From NCBI GenBank assembly GCA_039809385.1, contig JBDHUY010000017.1, positions 1-37,330 on the forward strand: DNA of 37,330 nucleotides, in the 5' to 3' direction. Source of the stretch: Candidatus Altimarinota bacterium. Lineage in GTDB: Bacteria > Patescibacteriota > Gracilibacteria > JBDHUY01. The position numbers were made by a program, and so were the translations under genes. Positions 9,204-17,986 of this stretch are shown in pieces (the stretch's first letter is position 1; each line of letters begins with the position of its first letter). The notes beneath the pieces were generated by a model that saw nothing but the letters and a program-made list of their open reading frames with translations, was not told the origin of the DNA and searched no databases.

Positions 9204-9884
9204 ATGTCTCCAACTGCCCTGATTACTGGTGCTTCCCAAGGTATTGGCCTTGCTATCGTACAAAAATTAGTATCCCTGGATTTTATAGTGTACGGTGTCG
9301 CTCGATCTGAAACTACTTTTTCTCATGACCGTTTTACCTTTTTTCAGCGCGATCTTTTAGATGAGGCTACGTTGCTTTTTCTGAAAAAAGAGATCCGGCA
9401 TCTGGATGTTTTGATCAATAATGCCGGAGTCGGGACGATGGAGACGTTGGAAAATATCACCGAAGAACAAATTGTTACCATGACGCGTCTCAATCTGGAG
9501 ATGCCCATTTTGCTGACTCGGGCTTTTTTACCGTTGTTAAAAAAGTCCCAGGGGCACATTATTAACATTGGTTCCGAGAGCGCTTTGCGTGGACGGAAAA
9601 ACGGGACGGTCTATTGTGCCACGAAGTTCGGGTTGCGAGGTTTTTCCGAGGCGTTGTTCGAAGAGGTCGGACCGGAGCATGTTTCGGTATCGCTGATCAA
9701 CCCCGGGATGGTGATGAATTCCTTTTTTGATGATAAAAGCTATACCCCCGGTCAAAAACCGGACGAGCATCTTGTTTCGGAAGACATTGCACAGGCGGTT
9801 GCCGATATTCTGGCTATGCGCAAGGGATCAGTTGTGCGAGAGATAACGATTTTGCCGCAAAAGAAAAAGATTGTTTTTCGATAA
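9204..9884 (+). CDS. short-chain dehydrogenase/reductase
   Basis: TGASQGIG, NNAG, catalytic YCATK. Confidence 0.92.
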   Translation: MSPTALITGASQGIGLAIVQKLVSLDFIVYGVARSETTFSHDRFTFFQRDLLDEATLLFLKKEIRHLDVLINNAGVGTMETLENITEEQIVTMTRLNLEMPILLTRAFLPLLKKSQGHIINIGSESALRGRKNGTVYCATKFGLRGFSEALFEEVGPEHVSVSLINPGMVMNSFFDDKSYTPGQKPDEHLVSEDIAQAVADILAMRKGSVVREITILPQKKKIVFR

Positions 9885-9901
9885 AGAGAAATTTAAGGGG
9901 G

Positions 9902-10810
9902 CTATTCCTTACGTTCCAGCGTATTAGTATCGAGCAGAGCTTGTATTTGCGTTAACGTTTCCAGAGAATTGAAACTGCTATTCATGATTGGTTGCAGGAT
10001 TGCGGCGATGCGAGTTGTATCGTTATCTGTCAGTTCATGATCTAATGAATTTAGTACCTCGATCAATTGCTGAAGTCTTTGATTGATCGTCGTTATTTGG
10101 GCTTCTAAGTCCTGAGTTTTCTGGCTTGCCTTATTGATTCTCTCAGAATCTGTCACGTCATCAATCGTTGCTAATGCTCGATCTTTGTTATTGGTAAATC
10201 CCCCAGTCTGAAGCTCCAGATCGTCGGTAAGTGCAAAGATTCTTCCATCTTCTCCGTTCCCTTTTTTTACATTTCCGGTATTGTTTTCAGTTATAATTGT
10301 GGCTGCAGCTGCCTTGATAATAGTCTGAAGACCTCCCGGGTCTTCGGAGTTTTTTGGTATTTCCAGTCTACCGGAGATTGGATTTACGACGTTCGTACGA
10401 AAGATTTCCCATTTTTTGGTCACTTGGTTACGGATAAACGACTTGGTAGATTCGTCTTCAAAATAATCGTTGATAACGCTACGTAACTGGTTTCCGTTGA
10501 ATAATAACGCAACTATTTTCTCGATTAAGGGCGAATAATTTTTAGCTTCAAAAATATAACTGGCAGGTTCGTTTGTTCTATCTGAAGGGATCGAATCCCA
10601 AATCTTGGTTAGATCGACGAGATATTTGTTTCCATCTCGAAGTCTCGGGGTTTCCTGTTGATTCAAACTGAATACCTGAATTTCTTGACTTCTTTTGCCC
10701 CAGTCTTTTTGTAGCTTGTCTTTTTGCATGGCCGCCACTATAACGCTCGCCGCCGCTTCCATAACTTCTGCTTCGCTGACGCTTTCTCGAGCCTCTTTAT
10801 ATTGATCCAT
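9902..10810 (-). CDS. hypothetical protein with C-terminal coiled coil
   Basis: 302-aa ORF filling the gap; heptad-rich C-terminus; no recognised family. Confidence 0.65.
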   Translation of the reverse strand: MDQYKEARESVSEAEVMEAAASVIVAAMQKDKLQKDWGKRSQEIQVFSLNQQETPRLRDGNKYLVDLTKIWDSIPSDRTNEPASYIFEAKNYSPLIEKIVALLFNGNQLRSVINDYFEDESTKSFIRNQVTKKWEIFRTNVVNPISGRLEIPKNSEDPGGLQTIIKAAAATIITENNTGNVKKGNGEDGRIFALTDDLELQTGGFTNNKDRALATIDDVTDSERINKASQKTQDLEAQITTINQRLQQLIEVLNSLDHELTDNDTTRIAAILQPIMNSSFNSLETLTQIQALLDTNTLERKE

Positions 10811-11051
10811 TCGAATTATAAAAGATGTATAAGGACAGTTTGTATTCTATGTGACAAAGACAATTTGTAAATAAAACAGACTTGAATACCTCATATAACT
10901 ATTTCGATTATATAAAATGACAAAGTATTTTATCATTTTTTCAGGTACCGGTTTCTACGTTTTTCCGAGGAGTTTTGCTTCACGATGAAAAGGCTGGTCA
11001 GGAAGACGGAAGAAAGTTATACTGCATACCAATTACGTAATACTCAAATTT

Positions 11052-11315
11052 ATGCCAACTTCTCAAAATCCCAATCCCCAAATTCAGGTAAAAGTCCCCG
11101 AGTCACTGCTGAGCGGCGTCTACTCCAACGCAGTGTCGGTCACCGTCAATCCCAACGAAGTCATCGTCGATTTCGGGTATGTTTTGCCCAATGTCCAGCC
11201 TACCACGATCAACGTCGTCAGCCGGGTCAATATGACCCATCAAAGTGCCGAAAACTTCATCTCCACTTTGCAGAACGCCATTTTGGACTATCGCAACAAG
11301 CAACAGAAGAAATAG
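11052..11315 (+). CDS. DUF3467 family protein
   Basis: GVYSN.V.V....E...DF...VVSRV.M pattern. Confidence 0.8.
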   Translation: MPTSQNPNPQIQVKVPESLLSGVYSNAVSVTVNPNEVIVDFGYVLPNVQPTTINVVSRVNMTHQSAENFISTLQNAILDYRNKQQKK

Positions 11316-11449
11316 ATATTTGCGGAAATTGGTAATAATGTATAGAAATTTCCTGCTTAAACTATCCTTACACAGTTTGCACATGAGAGCCTAATTTTCG
11401 CTAATCTCTGAGAGCTTCAATTTCATAAATTTACATCAGCCAAACACGT

Positions 11450-12451
11450 ATGAATAAAATCTCCACCGCCGTTATTCTCGCCGCCGGCAAATCTACCCGT
11501 ACCTATCCGATAACGCTCGATATTCCCAAACCTCTTTTAAAAGTCCTGAACGTACCCATCATTCACCGTACGCTTCAGGAACTCGAGGGAATCGTCGAAG
11601 AAGTCATCCTGATTGTCGGCAACAAGAAAGAGATGATCCAGGATTCAGTCGGCAGCAAATTCGGCTCGATCAAAGTCAAATATGTGGAACAACCCCAATT
11701 GTCCGGAACCGGATCGGCGCTGATGCAAGTACGTGACCGGCTGAAGGGGCGCTTTCTGGTGCTCAACGGGGACGATATCTACAAGCGATCCGATATTTTG
11801 GAAGTACTCCAACATAAATACGCAGTCTTGGCTCAAAAAGTAAACGATCCAACCCGCTTTGGGGTATTTATGGTAGATAATAGCGGCAATCTGGTAGACC
11901 TGGTTGAAAAGCCGCAACAAAATATCGGCAATCTGGTCAATGCCGGCTGTTACTTGTTTGACGATACGATCTTTGATTACGAATTGCATTTCTCGCCCCG
12001 CGGCGAGTACGAGATTACCGAGTATCTGATGGAACTTGCCAAAGATCACCCCGTGAGGGTCGTCCCGGTACAGAATTACTGGCTGGCGCTGGGCTATTCC
12101 TGGGATCTACTCAAGATCAACCAGTATGTGCTCAAACACGATTTTGGCGACGTTCTACACGATTCGACGCTTCCCGAACATGTGCATGTCTACGAAAAAG
12201 TACGTATCGGTAAAAACGTTTCTTTCGGCAAAAACGTCCATCTGGTCGGCCCCGTAGTTATCGGTGATAATGTTACCATCGGTAACCACGCCTATATTCT
12301 GCCCATGACCGTTTTGGAAAATAACGTGACGATCGAAGACGAATGCCTTGTCGCAGAATCTCTGATCATGGACGGTTCCTATCTGCACCGGGATGCCAAA
12401 AGAAGGGGAGCTCTCGTCCTGCCGAAATATACGATTTCGCTCAATGCCTAG
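11450..12451 (+). CDS. sugar-phosphate nucleotidyltransferase with C-terminal left-handed beta-helix
   Basis: AVILAAG..TR..P.T..IPKPLL, GTG.A, NGD, VEKP, RGEYEIT, hexapeptide repeats. Confidence 0.9.
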   Translation: MNKISTAVILAAGKSTRTYPITLDIPKPLLKVLNVPIIHRTLQELEGIVEEVILIVGNKKEMIQDSVGSKFGSIKVKYVEQPQLSGTGSALMQVRDRLKGRFLVLNGDDIYKRSDILEVLQHKYAVLAQKVNDPTRFGVFMVDNSGNLVDLVEKPQQNIGNLVNAGCYLFDDTIFDYELHFSPRGEYEITEYLMELAKDHPVRVVPVQNYWLALGYSWDLLKINQYVLKHDFGDVLHDSTLPEHVHVYEKVRIGKNVSFGKNVHLVGPVVIGDNVTIGNHAYILPMTVLENNVTIEDECLVAESLIMDGSYLHRDAKRRGALVLPKYTISLNA

Positions 12452-12467
12452 AAATAATTGCTTACCC

Positions 12468-12495
12468 TTGACCTTTGGGCGAGCTTATCTATAAT
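12468..12495 (+). promoter_or_regulatory. sigma70 promoter of rplU
   Basis: TTGACC-N16-TATAAT, 30 nt before the ATG. Confidence 0.65.
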
Positions 12496-12525
12496 GGTAA
12501 AGCTTATTTGTTGATTTTTATTCGT

Positions 12526-12846
12526 ATGTTCGCCGTCGTTGAAATTAACGGGAAACAGGTACTGGTCAAAGAAAAAGACGTAATCGAGGTTAACAAGATC
12601 CTGGATACGACTGAAGGCGCTTCCGTCACATTCGATCAAGTTCTGGCAGTATTCAGCCCCGATGCCAAAACCGTCGATGTTGGGACGCCGTATCTTACGG
12701 GTCGAAGCGTTACCGCAAGAATCGTTTCACCCGAGATCAAGGGAGACAAAGTTATCGGAGCCAAATTCAAGAAGCGTAAGCGGTATACACGGACGTTAGG
12801 GCATCGCCAGCGTTTGACCGTTCTGGAAATCCAGAAAATTGCTTAA
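12526..12846 (+). CDS. rplU: 50S ribosomal protein L21
   Basis: MFAVVEINGKQV.V, VGTPY, KFKKRKRY....GHRQ.LT. Confidence 0.95.
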   Translation: MFAVVEINGKQVLVKEKDVIEVNKILDTTEGASVTFDQVLAVFSPDAKTVDVGTPYLTGRSVTARIVSPEIKGDKVIGAKFKKRKRYTRTLGHRQRLTVLEIQKIA

Positions 12847-12858
12847 CAAATTGTTCTA

Positions 12859-12899
12859 TAAAAAAAACTGCTCTTCTTTAGTTGGAAGGCAGTTTTTTT
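12859..12899. terminator. bidirectional intrinsic terminator between convergent rplU and the pseudouridine synthase
   Basis: A-run-CTGC-TCTTC...GGAAG-GCAG-T-run. Confidence 0.7.
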
Positions 12900-12974
12900 G
12901 TTTTCTCTCTTCATGACAAGAGGGTTATTGTAATAGCAATTCCATTGAATCTCTACGATTATGTAGATTTGGAA

Positions 12975-13904
12975 CTAATATAAGGTTGTCAGGTATTGTT
13001 TCAAATCGGAAGGAAGGTCGATCTCGATCTCTTTGTTTTTTTGGGTGGAAGGAAGCAGAATCCCCAGTTTATACGCATGTAAAAACTGCCGCTTCAGGTC
13101 TCCGCTTTGCTCGGCGAGGCGATTTTCTTTTACATTGCCATACGTCTGATCTCCTATGATCGGATGGCCGATCGATGCCAAGTGTACCCGGATCTGATGG
13201 GTACGTCCGGTAACGAGTCTCAGGGACAATAAACTATAACCTTTGAATGTTTCAAGAACTTCGTACTCGGTAGTGGCTTCCCGCGCCTCTTTACTTAGAG
13301 ATACGGTTATCTTTTTCCGATCCTTATGCGAACGGGAGAGCGGAGCTTCGATTTTACCCTTTGGAGCAGGCATCTCTCCGACTACCAGGGCCAGGTAATA
13401 TTTTTGCACTGTGCGCTTTTGCCACTGTTCCAGCATGTAGGCGAGAGCTGCTTCGTGCTTTGCAATCAACAACAATCCTGAGGTGTCTTTGTCCAGCCGG
13501 TGCACGATGCCAGGCCGGAGCGTATCATGTTTGATCCAGTCACGATAGCGAAAGAGCAGCGCATTGACCACGCTGTCGGCCATATGTCCGCCCGCGTCGC
13601 TCGGGTGTACTACCATGCCTGCCGCTTTATCGATGACCAAAATATCGCTGTCTTCGTATACTACGTGTAGCGGTAAATCGCTTGCCACGAGACCGCCTTC
13701 TTGTACCGACGGAATTTGAAAAAATACCTCGTCGCCTTGTTTCACCCGATAATGCGCCGAGACGGTTTTTCGGTTTATTTCTACCAGTTTTGTATCTTCT
13801 ATCAATGCTTGAACATAACTGCGGGACAGCTTCGGAAAACACGTCACAAGGAGTTTATCCAGTCTCAGTCCGCCTCGATATATCGAGAATTGATAAGAAC
13901 GCAT
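12975..13904 (-). CDS. rluD: RluA/RluD family pseudouridine synthase with S4 domain
   Basis: RLDK.L...SRS, DK.AGMVVHP, GIVHRLDKDTSG, TGRTHQIRVH, QFLHA. Confidence 0.9.
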   Translation of the reverse strand: MRSYQFSIYRGGLRLDKLLVTCFPKLSRSYVQALIEDTKLVEINRKTVSAHYRVKQGDEVFFQIPSVQEGGLVASDLPLHVVYEDSDILVIDKAAGMVVHPSDAGGHMADSVVNALLFRYRDWIKHDTLRPGIVHRLDKDTSGLLLIAKHEAALAYMLEQWQKRTVQKYYLALVVGEMPAPKGKIEAPLSRSHKDRKKITVSLSKEAREATTEYEVLETFKGYSLLSLRLVTGRTHQIRVHLASIGHPIIGDQTYGNVKENRLAEQSGDLKRQFLHAYKLGILLPSTQKNKEIEIDLPSDLKQYLTTLY

Positions 13905-14073
13905 ACAAAAGAAGTCAAAAGCTTGTGCTGATCGAAGCGAACGCATCAAAAGTCAAAAATCAATATCCTTACCTGATCTGTCCTATACATGCATTATACC
14001 TAATACTTCCTGTCAGAATCGACGAAAACGACTCAGATCTATATCTGTCGTCGTTCCGAGGTCGGGTCTATAT

Positions 14074-14604
14074 TTATAATCCCAATTGTTTTCGGATCTC
14101 ATCGGCTTTGCTCTGGTCTTCCTGCTTTTGTCCGGTTTGTTTGGTCTCGAGTTCTAGCATTTCCCATTCGCTACGGTGTTGCGCTTTTAGTTTGTTGATC
14201 TGATCAGCGTGTTTTTCGGCCAGCTCGGCAAATTTAGACTTTTCTTCTTCAAAGATCTTCATCAGCTCATCGATCTGGTATTGCGACAATTTTGGTACCG
14301 CCTCGATGATCTTTTTCTTTTCGTCGATCGTCAGCGAGATAGATCCGGCCAGCAATTCCAAAAAGTACAATTCATTAAACGTGGTCGTGGGATGCTCGGG
14401 GAGTTTGATATTCGTGGTAAAGGGGCCGGTGAATTGGGGTTGCGGTACTGGCGGAGTCGGCTGGGCGGGCGGGGGAGGAGGTGGCATCATGCCGCCACTC
14501 ATATTTCCGCTGCTATTGCCCATGGGAGGCTGCATTCCGCCTCCACTACCCATATTCCCCGCTGCCGGATTGATAACTGGATCGTCCATAAGATTGTGTT
14601 TCAA
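14074..14604 (-). CDS. hypothetical protein with Pro/Gly/Met-rich N-terminus and helical C-terminus
   Basis: 176-aa ORF with natural composition; the true start may be MDDPV at 14589. Confidence 0.75.
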   Translation of the reverse strand: MKHNLMDDPVINPAAGNMGSGGGMQPPMGNSSGNMSGGMMPPPPPPAQPTPPVPQPQFTGPFTTNIKLPEHPTTTFNELYFLELLAGSISLTIDEKKKIIEAVPKLSQYQIDELMKIFEEEKSKFAELAEKHADQINKLKAQHRSEWEMLELETKQTGQKQEDQSKADEIRKQLGL

Positions 14605-14831
14605 AAAATAACATCTACAGATCTATTCTAATGAAACTCGCGTTCAATGCAAATTTTGTGATATCAAACGCTTTTACCCTTCTATCTTTTTATTGATCAC
14701 AGGAAGATTTTCGTCCATTTGTGGAAGTCTCTTTTACGTATTCGTCGTTTTACAGGCAAAAGAAATTTTACATCAACAGATACTCTTTATCTTCTTTCTC
14801 ATAAGTCATCTTGTAATGTACAGCCCATGTT

Positions 14832-15719
14832 TTAATGTGCCATTTCGTTGTGTCGCATTCCTGCTCCGGCGGCGGCGCTGTTTTCTTTTACACTGATTAC
14901 AAAGTCGCTCGTAATTACACGATTATGGTGTTGAAATTGAGTAAATAATTTATATTTGCCGGCTGTCGGGAAGTCTACCAGGAAGCTGACTTTTCCGTCT
15001 AAGGCCGAATTTTTCAACGGGTGGGCGTGGATAAAATCAAGCGTTTCTTCCTTTAAAATGACACTGTGTCCGAGCGCTCCCAAATACTCTTCCAGATCGG
15101 TTACCGGTCGCCCATCTTTCGCGATACGAAACGTAATCGTACTTTCGGTGCCGCTTAATGGGGGTGCGTCTTCTGTGATAAGCGTAATTTCGTAGCCGTC
15201 GAATATTTTAGTCTCTTCTATAGAACCGAGCGGCTGTGACGTTGTGGACGATCCTACGCGAATGTCTTCCCAGAGTGTTACCGGCTTTACTTTTTTCGTT
15301 GCATCTTCCAGGGCAAAATCGGCAAAAAAACGATAAACGCCCTCGCTTGGAAAATTGAGACCGGAAAGTTTAAATTTACCGGTTTCCGGGGCAAACTCAG
15401 GATGAAGATGTTGGAAAGAGCTTAAATCTTTTTTGACAACGATCAGATGCATCGGTTTGGTGTGCGTAATGGCAAAGTTTTTTATCGTATTTCCATTTTT
15501 ATCTGGAATTGAAAAAGAATATTCGTTTTCCTCGGTGCTTGTATAATGTTGTTGGGGTACTTCCGATGCGATATGATAATCGGTACTCCCGGTTACGGGA
15601 TGCTCTGTGTGTTGATCGGTAGAACCGGCAGGCGGGGGTGTCCCAAGATTTCTGTTAGCAGGTGTGCAAGCTGCTAAAACAATAAGACATAATCCGAATG
15701 CATAGATAGAACGGTTCAT
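14832..15719 (-). CDS. His-rich putative metal-binding lipoprotein
   Basis: lipobox LAAC; HTKPMHLIVV..DL..FQHLHP and YLGALGH...FIHAHP motifs. Confidence 0.75.
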   Translation of the reverse strand: MNRSIYAFGLCLIVLAACTPANRNLGTPPPAGSTDQHTEHPVTGSTDYHIASEVPQQHYTSTEENEYSFSIPDKNGNTIKNFAITHTKPMHLIVVKKDLSSFQHLHPEFAPETGKFKLSGLNFPSEGVYRFFADFALEDATKKVKPVTLWEDIRVGSSTTSQPLGSIEETKIFDGYEITLITEDAPPLSGTESTITFRIAKDGRPVTDLEEYLGALGHSVILKEETLDFIHAHPLKNSALDGKVSFLVDFPTAGKYKLFTQFQHHNRVITSDFVISVKENSAAAGAGMRHNEMAH

Positions 15720-15723
15720 AAGA

Positions 15724-16344
15724 TTATCGTGAAAAAATGACGAACAGGAGCAATAAAGCCATACCGAAATCTTCGACCAGCGTAACCGAAGTAAGCGGGA
15801 CTTTGAGCAACGTTCCCAGACAGGCACACCGGAATTTTTCTTTGCGTGCCAGTTTTATTCCTACCCCCATGCCGCTAAAGACCATCAAACCCAATTCGCT
15901 CCATAAGAGCCAGTCAGGGTGAAATCCTCCCAGCATCAAAAGTCCGAAAGTGACTTCCACAAAAGGATATACATAGCCGTATCCGTACCATCGTGAGGCG
16001 AGTAAGTCGTAGGTGGCGTACCCGTGTGCAAATCCCTTGAGATCCATGAGTTTGAACCCGCCGAATACCAGAAAAAAACCGGTCATGAAGGCTAACAGAA
16101 AGTCTTCTAGAGCAAATCCTCTATTCCCTGATACGATCAAAGCAGTTGAGCTGATCATCAACAGAATGACAAGCAGCGGGATATAGTTGCGCCAGGTCAG
16201 TGGTGCCAGGTCCGTATCATCATAGGAATGGCTCGATCCTCTAGTTACATCGCTTGCCACCAGTGCCATGAAGCACTTGGGACATTTGCCCGGCCGGTCC
16301 GAGACGATTTCGGCATGCATGGGGCAGGTATACGTTTTAGACAT
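15724..16344 (-). CDS. heavy-metal-binding domain (CPMH) fused to a MauE/DoxX-like membrane domain
   Basis: YTCPMH...PGKCPKC.M.LV; GFK..DL.GF...Y..YD, YPFVE, CACLGT, EDFGM. Confidence 0.85.
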   Translation of the reverse strand: MSKTYTCPMHAEIVSDRPGKCPKCFMALVASDVTRGSSHSYDDTDLAPLTWRNYIPLLVILLMISSTALIVSGNRGFALEDFLLAFMTGFFLVFGGFKLMDLKGFAHGYATYDLLASRWYGYGYVYPFVEVTFGLLMLGGFHPDWLLWSELGLMVFSGMGVGIKLARKEKFRCACLGTLLKVPLTSVTLVEDFGMALLLLFVIFSR

Positions 16345-16355
16345 AGGAAGAATAG

Positions 16356-16628
16356 TTACTTTTTCTTGTGCGCCAATTTATAAATTTTCAAGATCTCTGC
16401 AACTGCTTTTGCTTCGTCGCCGTTGTGTATTTGATGAAGAACATGCGTGGAAAGATGATTTTCCAGCATCAGATGTTCTACGCCCGTGAGAGCTTCTTTG
16501 ATCGCGTCGCACTGGGTGATGATGTCGACACAATATTTTTCGGCTTCGACCATGCCGATCACCCCTTTTAGCTGACCTTGGACAATGCTGAGTCTGCGCA
16601 GTACTTTTTGCTTGATCTCCTTTTTCAT
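16356..16628 (-). CDS. csoR: CsoR/RcnR family metal-sensing repressor
   Basis: RL..V.GQL.GV..MVE..KYC.DII.Q..A...AL...L.NHL..H. Confidence 0.85.
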   Translation of the reverse strand: MKKEIKQKVLRRLSIVQGQLKGVIGMVEAEKYCVDIITQCDAIKEALTGVEHLMLENHLSTHVLHQIHNGDEAKAVAEILKIYKLAHKKK

Positions 16629-16649
16629 TGGTATTGAAAATTATAATGC

Positions 16650-16674
16650 AAGTATACCCCCGGGGGGTATACTT
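16650..16674. promoter_or_regulatory. CsoR-type operator
   Basis: palindrome AAGTATACCCCC-G-GGGGGTATACTT just upstream of csoR, matching the TAC-C/G-tract-GTA operator type. Confidence 0.85.
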
Positions 16675-16835
16675 TGCAAAATATATTATTTCCGATATTG
16701 TGCTTGAAACGGGAGTTCACTTTTCACAAAGAGTGGAAAACTTTTATACGTTTAGCTTTATAATCTCTTTGTGAATGGTTTTGAGTGTATATTAAAGATG
16801 TGTCTTCATATAAAAATAAAAAGACACTCAGTATT

Positions 16836-17285
16836 TTATCTCTCGAGTCTTTTTCTCAGCTCATCTATTACAGCTTTCTGCCAATATTTCATGGAAAACC
16901 AGCCGATTAATGGTTGTGCAATAATACGGAGCCAACGTTTATGGATAGTAACCTGATAGGTGTAATCGATCATGGTGCCTTCCTGTTTTTCGGAAAGCAG
17001 TAATTCTTCGTGTCCGGAAGTTCCAAATTTAGGGCTTTCATTATCCGAAATAAACCCTTTTCCGGGGAGAATCCGGGATTCCATTTTTACTGGAAACTTT
17101 TGGCCGAACGAGTTGATAGTCGCGTCAATTTTCATAGTATTTCCTTCCTGTCTTACGACTCGTATAGATTCGGCGACTTTTGGAAAATACTCGGGCCATT
17201 TTTCAAAGTCCGTCATTATAGTAAACACCTCCGCTAGAGGCGCCTTAATAAACCATTTAGCATTGAGAGTGATTTTTCCTTTCAT
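16836..17285 (-). CDS. SRPBCC/START-fold (polyketide cyclase-like) protein
   Basis: IKAP..EVF....DFE.WPE.FP, GT.I.Y; start set at MKGKIT. Confidence 0.8.
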   Translation of the reverse strand: MKGKITLNAKWFIKAPLAEVFTIMTDFEKWPEYFPKVAESIRVVRQEGNTMKIDATINSFGQKFPVKMESRILPGKGFISDNESPKFGTSGHEELLLSEKQEGTMIDYTYQVTIHKRWLRIIAQPLIGWFSMKYWQKAVIDELRKRLER

Positions 17286-17709
17286 ATTAAGATCATTATA
17301 GCACATCATAATAATAGTTAACATACAATAGGTATGGTGCGGGATATGGGGAATCTTTGAAAAGGAATTTTCGTTCAAGAAATCGAACCTGCCATTTGGC
17401 CAAGGTCCCCCGCACGAAAGCCAAGCAGTTGGCTTTCTCTCCTTCGCTATCACAAAAAAATAACCATAAACTAAGGAATAGTATTTTTTGCGGCTCCACA
17501 TACTGGAGGCTGTCAGCACATGCTTTGCCAGAGGGGAGGCGGGGTATTTTCCGTATCACGTCGTGGTTGAGCACATGAATGAGTGCATAGCGAAGGCGGG
17601 GTGAGATCGTCTCTTATTCTACTTTGGAGGCTTAAAGTAGAATATGGGAATTTTTATTCCAGTTTGGATGAAGTTTTCTTGCTATTTAGCGGCCAAAGAG
17701 TAAATTATC

Positions 17710-17739
17710 TTTGTGTATGTTTGTATAACTTTGTTATTA
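17710..17739 (+). promoter_or_regulatory. three phased 10-bp direct repeats (TTTGT-N5) upstream of the HTH gene
   Basis: TTTGTGTATG TTTGTATAAC TTTGTTATTA. Confidence 0.5.
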
Positions 17740-17755
17740 CGCTAATTTTTAGCCT

Positions 17756-17986
17756 ATGTTTGAGGATAAACCAGACATTCTCTCCATTGGAGAGGTTGCA
17801 GAAATACTGAATGTTTCGACCATGACACTCCGCCGCTGGGATAAAGAGGGCATTTTGAAAGCGTTTCGGCCAAGTATGACCAAACAGAGACGCTATCATA
17901 AAAAAGATGTCATTGCTTTCTTGCAGTCCACACCAGATACGCATAAGAAGTCTAAATCTAGAAGAAAAATAACTCCTTTCTCATGA
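17756..17986 (+). CDS. MerR/BldC/excisionase-like HTH protein
   Basis: LSIGEVAEILNVS..TLRRWDKEG.L...R.....RRY; ATGA overlap with hsdM. Confidence 0.88.
   Translation: MFEDKPDILSIGEVAEILNVSTMTLRRWDKEGILKAFRPSMTKQRRYHKKDVIAFLQSTPDTHKKSKSRRKITPFS

Noticed and set aside
12526-12899. rplU without adjacent rpmA
   Set aside because: Splitting of this pair occurs in various lineages; not informative from one window
13682-14631. Antisense and overlapping ORFs (e.g. 13682-14203, 14209-14631) and similar short ORFs elsewhere
   Set aside because: They lie opposite or inside well-supported genes and show no family motifs
17416-17596. Structured ncRNA from the hairpin GAAAGCCAA-gcag-TTGGCTTTC and the 10-bp inverted repeat at 17441-17450/17587-17596
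   Set aside because: The long-range pair straddles the proposed att junction and may be chance; I recognise no RNA family here
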